A stretch of DNA of 54,817 bases from a virus (Duplodnaviria; Caudoviricetes), in the IMG/VR virus record IMGVR_UViG_3300005403_000166, positions 1 to 54,817 of that record. One strand, 5' to 3'. The position numbers were made by a program, and so were the translations under genes. The notes under the pieces were generated by a model. The model searched no databases, was not told where the DNA came from, and saw only the letters and a list, made by a program, of their open reading frames with translations. Numbering within the stretch: position 1 is the stretch's first letter; every line of letters begins with the position of its first letter. Below, piece after piece: positions 20,020 to 29,465 of this stretch.

Positions 20020-20285
20020 GCAGGATGAACCAAAACTCCCGGGAACTCATCGCGTATCTTGCAAAGTATCATCCAGAAGGTCCTTTTTCAAGCAAAGATG
20101 TCCCTGAACACTTAAAGAGGTGCTTCGGTGGCCTAATCAATCACGGTTTTATCGAAAGGATCGGGAGGGGAGACAAAGTGAAAGTGTTCTCAGTCACCTC
20201 TCAAGGATTTGCATACGCTCACCGCTATGCATCAACCGAGATGGATTCAGCGATTAAGGTCTGTGTTGGGATGGTGGCGGCATGA
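20016..20285 (+). CDS. Small winged-helix protein
   Basis: LINHGFIERIG...FSVTSQG. Confidence 0.55.
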   Translation: MSRMNQNSRELIAYLAKYHPEGPFSSKDVPEHLKRCFGGLINHGFIERIGRGDKVKVFSVTSQGFAYAHRYASTEMDSAIKVCVGMVAA

Positions 20286-20593
20286 TCGACGATTCAGGCA
20301 TAGAATTGGATGATGAAGGTTTAGCAGTATCTCATAGAGTCCATAAGAATTGGAAATCTTGTGATTGTTCTGGTTATCCTGTCTCGGCTGCATGTAACAT
20401 CAAGATCGAATTGGGGTATTCTAGTATTGTTTGTTCTCCTAACTGCCCTTTGGAGGAATCATGAGTAAGATCGAAAGAGCTCAACAATTGTTCTTAAGAT
20501 CACTTAAGGAAAAATTTGAGGGAATATCACCCCGGAAAAAGGATTTTGTAAATTCTCCGAACCCCCCACTCATAAAATCATGGAGGCGGTGAG

Positions 20594-20788
20594 ATGTCAC
20601 TCTTTGAGTCCTTTGACATCTCCGGGGCTGAACCGATCCCTCTTCACCGGGAACAATTCACGAACGAAAAACAACGGAACAAACTCCTGGACCGGGCTCG
20701 AACTGACAAGGCCGCCTCTCCGTTCATGCAGATTCAGATCCATGAGATAGGCAAAGATGGCCGGGTTTACATGCTGGAGGATGCATGA
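20594..20788 (+). CDS. Hypothetical protein
   Basis: GGAGGCGGTGAG RBS; coupled to the methyltransferase. Confidence 0.5.
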   Translation: MSLFESFDISGAEPIPLHREQFTNEKQRNKLLDRARTDKAASPFMQIQIHEIGKDGRVYMLEDA

Positions 20789-22170
20789 GCGAAGTGGAAA
20801 CCAGACCCGTAGTCGTGGATATGTTCTGTGGCAGCGGTGGAGAGAGTCAAGGGATAAAGTGGGCTGTCGAAAAAGCTGGTCTTGATATTGAGATGTATGC
20901 AATCAACCATTGGGAAAGGGCAATCGAGACCCACAAGGCCAACTTTCCGAATGCGGAACACATATGTCGGAATGTACAAGATATCAATCCCTCTGATGTC
21001 ATACCTGGAAAAAAGATCTCTCTATTATGGGCCTCTCCAGCCTGTACACATTTCAGTGTTGCTAGGGGTGGGAAACCATGCGACCATCAGAGCCGGGTCA
21101 CGCCTTTCACGGTCCTTGACTGGCTCGATAAACTGATTGTGGATAGGGTAATAATTGAGAATGTACCAGAGTTCCAGTCATGGGGTCCGTTGGATGAGAC
21201 CACACACCGCCCGATACCGGAAGGAAAAGGTGAGACATTCACTGCTTACATCTCTATGCTTCAGGGTCTTGGTTATTCAATAGACTGGAAAGTTCTCAAC
21301 GCTGCAGATTATGGGGCACCAACGACCCGTCGTCGATTATTCATACAGGCAGTTCGAAAAAGATCCGAGAAATCCCTTCTTTGGCCAGAAGCAACACACA
21401 TCCAACCTGGTCCTAATCATCTACTGACTGGCCCAATGCCCTCATGGGTTCCAGCCAAGGATATCATAGACTGGTCTCTTCCGACTCAAATAATCGACGA
21501 CAGAACCCGTCCTCTCGCTAAAAACACGATGAGAAGGATCCTCAGGGGTATTGAGAAGTATTGGGGAGATTATGCCCGACCATTCCTGGTTCGATATAAT
21601 GGCGGAGATAATAGGGTTCACTCAGTTGACGAACCCCTGCCCGTATTAGATACCTCAAACCGATATGGTCTCGTTCAACCCCTGATAACTTGCATTGGGC
21701 ACACCTCAAGCAAAGGCCGGACGAGGAGTATCAACGAACCTCTTCAGACCGTCGTCACGAAAGAAGAGGCTTGCCTGATAGAGCCTTTATTTGTTCCTCA
21801 ACATTCAGGAGGAGAAGTCAGACCGACGACCAGTCCCCTCTCAACTGTGGCAACTAAGGGAGCTATCAGTCTCGTAGAGCCATTGATTATGGAGTATTAT
21901 GGGAACGGTGCCTGCCAGCCTGTTTCTAAACCAATACCCCCAGTCACCACAAAAGATCGGTTCGCATTGATCACCCCTGAAAACGTCCGTCTTGGGTTCA
22001 GGATGCTTAAACCTCATGAACTTGCAGCAGCACAGAGTTTTCCACGGGATTACATTTTTACAGGGAACCGGGGGGAGATTGTCAAACAAATAGGGAACTC
22101 AGTTTGCCCAAAAATAGCAGAGGCTCTCACAACAAGTTGCATGAGAGAACTCGCCGGAGGTTTAGCATGA
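20785..22170 (+). CDS. dcm: DNA (cytosine-5) methyltransferase, orphan
   Basis: DMFCGSGG, ASPACTHFS, ENV, RRRLF, QIGNSV motifs; TRD built of repeated S(V/I)xxPLxTV units. Confidence 0.93.
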   Translation: MSEVETRPVVVDMFCGSGGESQGIKWAVEKAGLDIEMYAINHWERAIETHKANFPNAEHICRNVQDINPSDVIPGKKISLLWASPACTHFSVARGGKPCDHQSRVTPFTVLDWLDKLIVDRVIIENVPEFQSWGPLDETTHRPIPEGKGETFTAYISMLQGLGYSIDWKVLNAADYGAPTTRRRLFIQAVRKRSEKSLLWPEATHIQPGPNHLLTGPMPSWVPAKDIIDWSLPTQIIDDRTRPLAKNTMRRILRGIEKYWGDYARPFLVRYNGGDNRVHSVDEPLPVLDTSNRYGLVQPLITCIGHTSSKGRTRSINEPLQTVVTKEEACLIEPLFVPQHSGGEVRPTTSPLSTVATKGAISLVEPLIMEYYGNGACQPVSKPIPPVTTKDRFALITPENVRLGFRMLKPHELAAAQSFPRDYIFTGNRGEIVKQIGNSVCPKIAEALTTSCMRELAGGLA

Positions 22171-22376
22171 GATCCCATAAGCCAGTGAAACCCGGCCTCA
22201 TCGATCCGGATCTATCCTGCCCCAGGTGTGGACTTGGAAAGATACAGCATATCGATGGAGGTTCCTGGAAACTCAACAAGCCGAAACCTCATTATCTCTG
22301 CTTTGCCTGCCTGTATGAATTCCACATCCCATTACCGAGAGTCCCGGCGATGTTCAGACTCTGGGGGTCCGCATGA
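22167..22376 (+). CDS. Zinc-ribbon protein
   Basis: CPRC...CFAC; ATGA overlap. Confidence 0.6.
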   Translation: MRSHKPVKPGLIDPDLSCPRCGLGKIQHIDGGSWKLNKPKPHYLCFACLYEFHIPLPRVPAMFRLWGSA

Positions 22377-22804
22377 ACCATCATACAATCCCCGCTGAAT
22401 CAACCCGGCAGTGTATGGAAGAGATCAAGAAACTTGGGGTTGTCCGATTCAATAAGTATGATCTCCCCCGGAAAGTTCACAAATACGGACTTCAGGGATG
22501 TGTGCGGAGAGATTGGGTAAAAAAATTTGATAATTACGAATATGCACTTACCAAGACAGGAATCGGATACATAAAACGGGGCTGTGCAGATACCTCGTTT
22601 GATCTTCCGGTCCGGCTCATGATCAACTCAGTTGTCCCACCGGTGAACCCGGAGGGAATGATAGGAGACTTTCGAAAGGATCTCTACGTCGGGCTACGGA
22701 TGCCGGGAACTCTCACCGTAGATGAAAAGACACAGAAGGCAATCGCAGCAGCATTAGAGGCCGGTTATAGCATCGAACTTTGGGCGGAGGCGATCACAGA
22801 ATGA
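22373..22804 (+). CDS. Hypothetical (winged-helix-like N-terminus)
   Basis: YALTKTG motif; coupled. Confidence 0.55.
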   Translation: MNHHTIPAESTRQCMEEIKKLGVVRFNKYDLPRKVHKYGLQGCVRRDWVKKFDNYEYALTKTGIGYIKRGCADTSFDLPVRLMINSVVPPVNPEGMIGDFRKDLYVGLRMPGTLTVDEKTQKAIAAALEAGYSIELWAEAITE

Positions 22805-22919
22805 ATCTGATTTTCGTGAACATCAAGAGAATATCCTATTGGGTAGGTTTCGGTAAAATCTGGACCGGCTGGATGAACGTGTACAAAGTAGGTTTTTGGA
22901 TTGTATGGAGGGGATCACC

Positions 22920-23288
22920 ATGGTAGCCAATTCACCACAAACAAGAAAAGCAAAAGGTCGGGAATTCCAGCAAAAGATAGCCGCAAAAATTAGGGAAGTC
23001 TTCAACCTCCCGGATCCGGATGCTGTAAGCACCTCTATGGGTCAGGCAGGAATTGATATTCAACTCAGCAGTGAAGCCCGGAAGATGTTTCCTTATGCTG
23101 TAGAATGCAAGAAAGCCGAAACCATGAAAATATGGGAATGGTTGTCTCAAGCAGAAGAGAACGGAAAGAAGACCGGTTTAACACCTCTTCTTGTTTTCAG
23201 CCGGTCCCGGTCAAAGACCTATGCAGTGGTTGATATTGATCACCTGATGAACCTGGCAAAGATAGCCAGTGACCGGAGGGAGGAATGA
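22920..23288 (+). CDS. Holliday junction resolvase-like PD-(D/E)xK nuclease
   Basis: KAKGREFQ...GIDI...AVECKK...W..QA motif set. Confidence 0.75.
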   Translation: MVANSPQTRKAKGREFQQKIAAKIREVFNLPDPDAVSTSMGQAGIDIQLSSEARKMFPYAVECKKAETMKIWEWLSQAEENGKKTGLTPLLVFSRSRSKTYAVVDIDHLMNLAKIASDRREE

Positions 23289-23429
23289 TCCGCCGATGCC
23301 TGAGTAAATTCCTCCGAAAAGGGGAATTCATTTGTTTTTACCTGACGAACGGCCATCCTTGCCCCTACTCGGGAGAGCCATGTAACTGCAGAAAGATCAC
23401 CGCCTGACACAAGAGAGGGAGAAGCACAC

Positions 23430-23936
23430 ATGATGCAACTAAACGGGAAAACCTACTATCGAATCGCTGAAGCCGTAAAGGAACTCGGATACACAAAAGG
23501 AACTCTGTCAAATTACATCAGTTCCGGAGTTTGTGAAGCCGAAAGAATGGAGGATGGAGAGTGGCTGATAACGGAATCCGGTATGGTTGCATTAAGGCGT
23601 AGAAAGAAGTTGCTTCCAAATCTCTCAAAGGATGAAGAACTCCAGGACTCGAAGGAAGAAATGCAGGATACATCGATCAACTCACAACCAAAGAAACAGG
23701 AAAAAAGGAGTCATCATCCAGAAAACTTCAAGGAAGGGTGCCTCTATCTTCGAAACGATGATGATCATCAAAAGTACACATTACTGAAACAGGCTGCTGA
23801 AATTACCGGCCTAACTGTCGGTGATATGAGCATGGTCGCCGTAAGGCACTATGTTAACACCGTCCTCACTGGGAAAATCGAGGAACTCAAAAAGATCGAG
23901 ACACAGAAAAAACAGATCCTTGCAGGAATCATATGA
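23430..23936 (+). CDS. HTH (excisionase/MerR-like) DNA-binding protein; candidate late activator
   Basis: YYRIAEAVKELGYTKGTLSNYISSG...WLI; lies just before the late region. Confidence 0.65.
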   Translation: MMQLNGKTYYRIAEAVKELGYTKGTLSNYISSGVCEAERMEDGEWLITESGMVALRRRKKLLPNLSKDEELQDSKEEMQDTSINSQPKKQEKRSHHPENFKEGCLYLRNDDDHQKYTLLKQAAEITGLTVGDMSMVAVRHYVNTVLTGKIEELKKIETQKKQILAGII

Positions 23937-24060
23937 AAAATCGAGACTTCCAGGTAACATCAGTGATCAGGTTGGAGGGAAAGATCTCTGCAAAGGATAG
24001 GGAAACCGCAGAGGCTGAAGCAGAATCACAAATCCGACATCAACTCAAGACGTTACCGCC

Positions 24061-24324
24061 ATGGATGCATCAAGTCGACTTAGGAATCACAGCCACAACG
24101 AGGATCTTATGAGTTCACCAGGCGTATGGGGAAAGAGCAGCAGATCAAAGACAGTACATTTCTATCCCGGAGGAGGTCAATCATCGCTATGCGGACTCTC
24201 AAATCATCTAGATATGTTAGCCCCAGAAGACTGGGACGAAAACAACCCACTATCATGCGAAAACTGTAAAAGACAACTGGCATGGTTTAGGCAGGGGTTC
24301 AAACCTGCAAAAGCTACTTCTTAA
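24061..24324 (+). CDS. Small zinc-finger protein
   Basis: H...SLCG...CENC. Confidence 0.5.
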   Translation: MDASSRLRNHSHNEDLMSSPGVWGKSSRSKTVHFYPGGGQSSLCGLSNHLDMLAPEDWDENNPLSCENCKRQLAWFRQGFKPAKATS

Positions 24325-24385
24325 CACTCTTTACACTCTCTGCAATCGTAACAATCCTTGCAAACCCCGCAAAACTCCAAGGGGC

Positions 24386-24408
24386 TTTTTTAATAAACAC
24401 CGTATATA
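24386..24408 (+). promoter_or_regulatory. Late-promoter-like motif (degenerate copy)
   Basis: TAATAAACACCGTATATA, ATG at 24416; resembles the copies at 34226 and 46210. Confidence 0.5.
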
Positions 24409-24415
24409 GCGGGTA

Positions 24416-24556
24416 ATGTCATCAGATGATGATTTATCCGGCCCACGGGATGTTTTCGCTGAAGAATCAGAGGCGAAAAAACTCAAAATCAGCAAACGTG
24501 TTTCAAATACGTGGGCCCGATACAAGTCTTCAAAGTGGTGTCCATTCGGGAAATGA
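24416..24556 (+). CDS. 46-aa hypothetical protein (absent from the ORF track)
   Basis: MSSDDDLSG...WCPFGK; its stop overlaps ATG 24553. Confidence 0.45.
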   Translation: MSSDDDLSGPRDVFAEESEAKKLKISKRVSNTWARYKSSKWCPFGK

Positions 24557-25392
24557 TCATGATCCGAAAGGATACGACACTAAAGATACTCGGCATAACA
24601 CTCATTCTGATCGTTTTCTGTATCCATATCTCAACCGCCGATTTTAACGCTAAAGAATATCTCTGGAGCACAGGCCCCCTTCACGCCCATTCTGCAACCA
24701 CATCTGAAAGTGGGGACGATCTCCAGGTAAGACCTTTCGGTGGAACCCCAGGAATTTACAACGGCATGGCTTCTGGTCAGATGGTTACAACCGGGGTGAA
24801 CGGGACTGCTATGTATTCCGGGGATTCATCGTTAAACTCTCAATACTCGGCATCAACCACCGTTCAATACACAGATGGGGGCGTAGTTTCTGATTCTCTT
24901 GCAACACTGAACATTCAGCCAAATGAGTCCGAACTTGCCTGTACTGCTTCAGAAGTGGCTATGAGTGGATCAGTTTCAAAGTCAGGAGCAACACCCGATC
25001 AACAGTGGGCTGTAGGTGAAATGACTGCTATGGGTCGTTCTGGAAAATACCAATCAGACAAACTCAGTGATGAGAAAACCTATGCCCTCTCGGCAGACTT
25101 CCAGGGAAGAGGAACATTTAACGGCCATCTTGACTTCGCAGCAGAATCAGGATTGAGTAAGAACTGTTCAGATATCAACTATATCGCAGGAGGACACCGC
25201 GACTTCGCAGGAACCAGTAACCTGTCAGGCGGACTGGTTGGCTCAATTGACTGGAAGTTCGACGACTTTTCGAATGTCTTAGGGGCCAACACCTCCCCAC
25301 AGACCCTTTCTGAACAGATCAACGAAACCCCATCAACAAACACCAGTGAAGAAGGTAACATGAAATTTTCCTCCGAGGAGGACTCATCATGA
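24553..25392 (+). CDS. Secreted S/T/G-rich beta protein
   Basis: Signal peptide (KILGITLILIVFCIHISTA); ATGA-coupled start. Confidence 0.65.
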   Translation: MIMIRKDTTLKILGITLILIVFCIHISTADFNAKEYLWSTGPLHAHSATTSESGDDLQVRPFGGTPGIYNGMASGQMVTTGVNGTAMYSGDSSLNSQYSASTTVQYTDGGVVSDSLATLNIQPNESELACTASEVAMSGSVSKSGATPDQQWAVGEMTAMGRSGKYQSDKLSDEKTYALSADFQGRGTFNGHLDFAAESGLSKNCSDINYIAGGHRDFAGTSNLSGGLVGSIDWKFDDFSNVLGANTSPQTLSEQINETPSTNTSEEGNMKFSSEEDSS

Positions 25393-25850
25393 TTGATTCA
25401 AACATTATTTTACAAAACCCGGTAATTGTCGGGTTGTTCATAGCATCGCTGCTTGGAAACTGCTATTTTGCAGGAGTCTTTTATCGTCTTCGGAATGTCC
25501 TGAAAACGTATGCAAAGATGACGGTTGAACGTGCCAGAATCACCGAAGATGGGCAGATCACTATTGACGATCCGGACATCATCCCATTCGTAAAAGACAC
25601 ATTCTCGCTTATGGCTGATATTGAGGCTCTTCTGCACTGGATCACAGGTTATATTCTCAATCATCCGTCTACCGGTTGGATCAAGGGATATGTACCATAT
25701 ACTACGTTGGTTGTAAATTCCGCTATGGATGGACTTGAGAAACCGCAGGAGATTCAAAATGATGTAAGAACTTTTGACCCCGCAACACAGCCAGCAGCAC
25801 AGACAATTGACCAGCCAGCTCAGCCAGTGAGCACCCCCTCAGGAGCATAA
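25389..25850 (+). CDS. Membrane protein, holin-like candidate
   Basis: Single N-terminal TM; late-operon position. Confidence 0.5.
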   Translation: MIDSNIILQNPVIVGLFIASLLGNCYFAGVFYRLRNVLKTYAKMTVERARITEDGQITIDDPDIIPFVKDTFSLMADIEALLHWITGYILNHPSTGWIKGYVPYTTLVVNSAMDGLEKPQEIQNDVRTFDPATQPAAQTIDQPAQPVSTPSGA

Positions 25851-25853
25851 ATC

Positions 25854-26084
25854 ATGTATCACGCATCTTATCACCCACTTGCAGGAGCAGAACTGGATTA
25901 CGTTCTGAAAGACCTCACCGAAGAACAGAAAGCAATTGCAAAACCCCAGATAGAGGCCGCAACCGCAGCCCAGACCCGGAGATATCGCATCACGATTGTT
26001 CCTCCGGAGAGCCCACAGAAACCAGACAGCGGTATCTATTTTGATATCGACAACGGGCTTGTTTCAGGTTCTAGTAACCAGTAA
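25854..26084 (+). CDS. Hypothetical protein
   Basis: AGGAG RBS. Confidence 0.55.
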   Translation: MYHASYHPLAGAELDYVLKDLTEEQKAIAKPQIEAATAAQTRRYRITIVPPESPQKPDSGIYFDIDNGLVSGSSNQ

Positions 26085-26109
26085 TCAACCTCATTTTTGT
26101 AATTTACCC

Positions 26110-26223
26110 GGTTCAGGTCCGGGGTGAGGTTTGCCGACCTTAGGTATTGGAGATATTGAGATGGGGGAGATCCGGACTCCTGATCCTATTGTCTCATTGG
26201 TGACAGTCGGGAAAGACCGGCAA
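26110..26223 (+). ncRNA. Candidate structured RNA with pseudoknot directly 5' of the suppressor tRNA
   Basis: GGTTCAGG-TCCGG pairs with CCGGA-CCTGATCC; hairpin loop TTGCCG (26131-26136) complementary to CGGCAA (26218-26223). Confidence 0.4.
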
Positions 26224-26231
26224 CAAAACAC

Positions 26232-26303
26232 ACTCCCGTGTTGTAGTGGCAATCAAAGCAGGCTCTAACCTTGCTAACGGTGGTTCGAATCCGCCCGGGA
26301 GTA
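26232..26303 (+). tRNA. Amber suppressor tRNA (anticodon CTA), archaeal tRNA-Gln-type body
   Basis: Acceptor ACTCCCG/CGGGAGT with A73; D arm TTG/CAA with GG; anticodon stem GCAGG/CTTGC, loop CT-CTA-AC (CTA 26265-26267); T arm GGTGG-TTCGAAT-CCGCC; A1:U72 pair. Confidence 0.93.
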
Positions 26304-26311
26304 TCTAAGAA

Positions 26312-26635
26312 ATGGCGGATGATGTAGAATCGGCTGATCGGTTGGCCCGGATTGAAACCAAACTCGATACAGTCCTGACTATTATCCCGGATCATGAGAC
26401 CCGGTTACGAATTGTCGAACAGAAGAAAGAAGAATGCCAGCAAAGGGATCAAATCTCTGATTTGAGAGATACGGTAGGTGATCATGAAACCCGACTTAAT
26501 GCTCTTGAGTCATGCCATGATCAGGATACAGGAGCTAAACAGGCATTAATGTCATATCGAGAGTTAGCAGCCTGGGGATTGACTGGATTACTCGGATTCA
26601 TAACAATCTATCAATTTGTGAAGGGTGGATTATGA
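26312..26635 (+). CDS. Coiled-coil protein with C-terminal TM (XhlA/holin-like)
   Basis: RLARIETKLD, two DHETRL units, C-terminal TM helix. Confidence 0.6.
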   Translation: MADDVESADRLARIETKLDTVLTIIPDHETRLRIVEQKKEECQQRDQISDLRDTVGDHETRLNALESCHDQDTGAKQALMSYRELAAWGLTGLLGFITIYQFVKGGL

Positions 26636-26913
26636 GTGATATATTCGAAAAGGGAAAATGGGTTGGTAATACTGATGATCCTATCCCTGAACCTCTCAAT
26701 GTTGAGCTGAAGATTGCTCTTGACCGTACTGAAATAGATCGACTGATGAAAGATATCCGGTGGTGTGAAGAGCATCAGCCAGAACTCCTCAGGAGAGTCA
26801 AGCAGTTCAAAACTCTGTATATCAGTGCCAAAAATAAACTATGGCATTATCAGAACATGGATTTCATCTCACGCCTGCTTTTCCTCTTCTTCCCGGGGAG
26901 TATGCGAAAATGA
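26632..26913 (+). CDS. Hypothetical protein
   Basis: ATGA-coupled. Confidence 0.5.
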   Translation: MSDIFEKGKWVGNTDDPIPEPLNVELKIALDRTEIDRLMKDIRWCEEHQPELLRRVKQFKTLYISAKNKLWHYQNMDFISRLLFLFFPGSMRK

Positions 26914-27098
26914 AAGCAACTCTCCGGCTTCCGAAGACCAGTTCTCTTCATGATGAATTCAATGGCAAGACCGGAGAGGTTACGTATCAGGGACAATTCA
27001 GAGCAAAGGTCCGGATAAAACTCGATGGACATACTGAGAGAAATCCCAGTGTTGCCATCCTGCTGGTTCCATGGGAACATGTTGAGGTTGTAGGGTAA
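26910..27098 (+). CDS. Small SH3-like protein (start revised to 26910)
   Basis: FNGKTGEV...KVRI pattern; ATGA overlap. Confidence 0.5.
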   Translation: MKATLRLPKTSSLHDEFNGKTGEVTYQGQFRAKVRIKLDGHTERNPSVAILLVPWEHVEVVG

Positions 27099-27301
27099 TG
27101 GCAATAGGCGATCAGTTTTATGGGTTTATTGAGACTGGTTCAACCCGGACTTACGTCAGTGGTCATTCGTTATCCTGTACATTTTTAGATCTTGAATTCT
27201 CTGATTCACCCACAAAAGAACAGAAAGAAGGAAATAAGGCGATCAGGTCCTTACAGCGACAGATGAAAGTCAGAACTCCTGTACTAAACATCAAGAGATA
27301 A
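27098..27301 (+). CDS. Hypothetical protein
   Basis: TAATG coupling. Confidence 0.45.
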   Translation: MAIGDQFYGFIETGSTRTYVSGHSLSCTFLDLEFSDSPTKEQKEGNKAIRSLQRQMKVRTPVLNIKR

Positions 27302-27309
27302 CTCATGCC

Positions 27310-28176
27310 ATGCCTGCCAAATCATACGAGAGACAAGACCGTGAAACAAATAGAGCCTGGCAGGCTTTTCAGATCTATTTATCGTTAGGACCTTCCCGCA
27401 CACCAGGGAAAACTGCTAAGGAGCTAGGAGTATCCCGGCCAACCGTCAACCGGTGGCTATACAATTTCGACTGGAAATCGAGAGCAGAAGCCTATGATCA
27501 GGATCAATCCCCCGGATCCCTTTTTTTATCGCTCCCTGAAGCTTCACCAGTAAAGTGTGAAGCTACACCAATAGCACCTGAAGCTTCACCCGTAAGCCCT
27601 ACCCATAAGGGCCGGAGCTTGGAAGATAAGAGGGGAAGCTTGGTAGGTAACCCCTGGGACCGTCAACCCGGAGAGGGTGATGAGGCATGGGTAGCCTTTG
27701 TGATCTACCGGGACCTTGGTGCTGATCGAACACTGAAAAGAGTTCGGGAGGAGTTAGGCAAATCAGACACCATGGTCGAGCGGTGGTCCTCAACTCATCA
27801 GTGGGTTTACCGGTCAGCAGAATGGGATAAACACCTAGACCAGGAACTTCAGAAAGCGACCATCAAGGAGAAGACCGATTACGTCAAACTCCGGGAACAA
27901 AACCTCATCAAACAGGAACAACTCCGGGCCGAACTCCTGGAGGTTCACCTGAAGCGACTTAAGGACTTCAAGGCTAATCCAAAAGAGAACCCCTACCGGT
28001 TACCGTCAATCCTGACAATATCAGAATCAGGAAAAATCGATCAGGAGTCTAGGTCTGCAATATCAACAGACGATGGTGACAACTGGGCAGAGATAGGAGC
28101 CTTCCGGGCAATGATCCGGGATGAACTAAAGGAGAGGAATAATGAGGCTACTCCCCCCGAAGAAACTATCGAATAA
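27310..28176 (+). CDS. terS: Terminase small subunit with duplicated HTH domain
   Basis: Directly upstream of TerL; two RQxxExxxAWxAFxIYxxLGxxRT...W units. Confidence 0.7.
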   Translation: MPAKSYERQDRETNRAWQAFQIYLSLGPSRTPGKTAKELGVSRPTVNRWLYNFDWKSRAEAYDQDQSPGSLFLSLPEASPVKCEATPIAPEASPVSPTHKGRSLEDKRGSLVGNPWDRQPGEGDEAWVAFVIYRDLGADRTLKRVREELGKSDTMVERWSSTHQWVYRSAEWDKHLDQELQKATIKEKTDYVKLREQNLIKQEQLRAELLEVHLKRLKDFKANPKENPYRLPSILTISESGKIDQESRSAISTDDGDNWAEIGAFRAMIRDELKERNNEATPPEETIE

Positions 28177-29446
28177 GGCCCTATAGTTCTTGGCTGCCGA
28201 CCATCCCCGACTGACTCTCCTAGAGGGAGCGGTAAGGTCAGGAAAAACTATTCTCTCGATATTAGCTTGGATATTCTTCATCATAGCTTACCCGGGACCA
28301 GGACCTTTCCTCATGGTCGGGAAGACCGAAAGGACACTGAAGAGGAACGTCCTCGACCCGATGATTGAGATCCTGGGGAAGAAATCAGCGGTGATCAACC
28401 GGTACGACGGGGTTCTGTATGTCCAAATAATGGGCGGGAAGACCGTTTACCTCGTTGGTGCAGCGGATGAAAGATCGGAAGGAAAGATCAGGGGAATCAC
28501 AGCAGCCGGGGCATATTGTGATGAAGCAACCCTCTACCCGGAATCATTCTTCGTAATGCTCCTCTCCCGACTCTCTATGCCCGGGGCGAAACTCTTTGCC
28601 ACGATGAACCCGGACAGTCCGTATCACTGGATGAAGGTCAAATACCTGGACCGGGCCAAAGAGATCAGTGCCAAAGTCTGGCATTTCCTTCTGGAAGATA
28701 ACTGGGCATTAGACCCTCAATACATCGAGGACCTGAAGAAAGAGTATACCGGGCTCTGGTTTCAGCGGTATATCCTGGGGTTATGGGTCCTGGCTGAAGG
28801 CGTCGTGTATCCGATGTGGGATGAGGCTAAGCATCTCAAACCCACACCTGCAGGTGATCTAACCCCGGTAATCGTGGCAGTCGATTACGGCACAACTAAC
28901 CCCTCAGTGTTCCTAAAAATGGCCCGACACACTCCGACCGGAAAGATCCAGGTATGCAAGGAGATGTATCATGATTCAACCGTGTCCGGTCAACTGACAG
29001 ATGGCCAGCTCGCTGATAAGATGGAAGAATTCCTTCCAAGAGATTACCTGTATGTGGTTGTTGACCCATCAGCTACCTCATTCATTACTGAACTTAAAAG
29101 CCGGGGTATTCGGGTGAAGGAGGCTGATAATTCTGTGCTTGAAGGTATTCAGGCTGTATGCGGGTTACTACAAAATGAGATGGTGGCGGTAGATCCGTCC
29201 TGTCATCACCTGATTAGAGAAATGGGGGCGTATGTCTGGGATTCCAAGGCACAAAACCGGGGCGAAGATAAACCGCTGAAGGCTCATGATCATTGTCAGG
29301 ATAGTTTCCGGTATGGTACGATGGAACTCCTGCAACTCAACCGTCCACAGGTATCCCGCCCGGCAGGAGGAAGGAAGGTCCCACCGATCCCCGGTCCAAC
29401 CCGGGTAAGCGGCAGGTCATCCGGTGGAAGGTTCGCGGGGTGGTGA
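28142..29446 (+). CDS. terL: Terminase large subunit (PBSX-like), 434 aa, in-frame TAG at codon 15 (28184-28186)
   Basis: GGAGAGG RBS then ATG 28142; Walker A GAVRSGKT, YCDEAT, TMNP, VDYG, DHCQDSFRY. Confidence 0.92.
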
Positions 29447-29465
29447 AAAACAGACTATTAGAAAA

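Noticed and set aside
23285-23407. Hairpin AATTCCTCC-GAAA-AGGGGAATT as an ncRNA
   Set aside because: A single hairpin inside a coupled 40-codon Cys-rich ORF; not enough support for an RNA gene.
26232-26303. tRNA-Pyl / pyrrolysine decoding of the TAGs
   Set aside because: The tRNA has canonical D/T loops and a 5-bp anticodon stem, unlike tRNA-Pyl, and no pyl genes are in the window. A host Pyl system cannot be fully excluded without the host genome.
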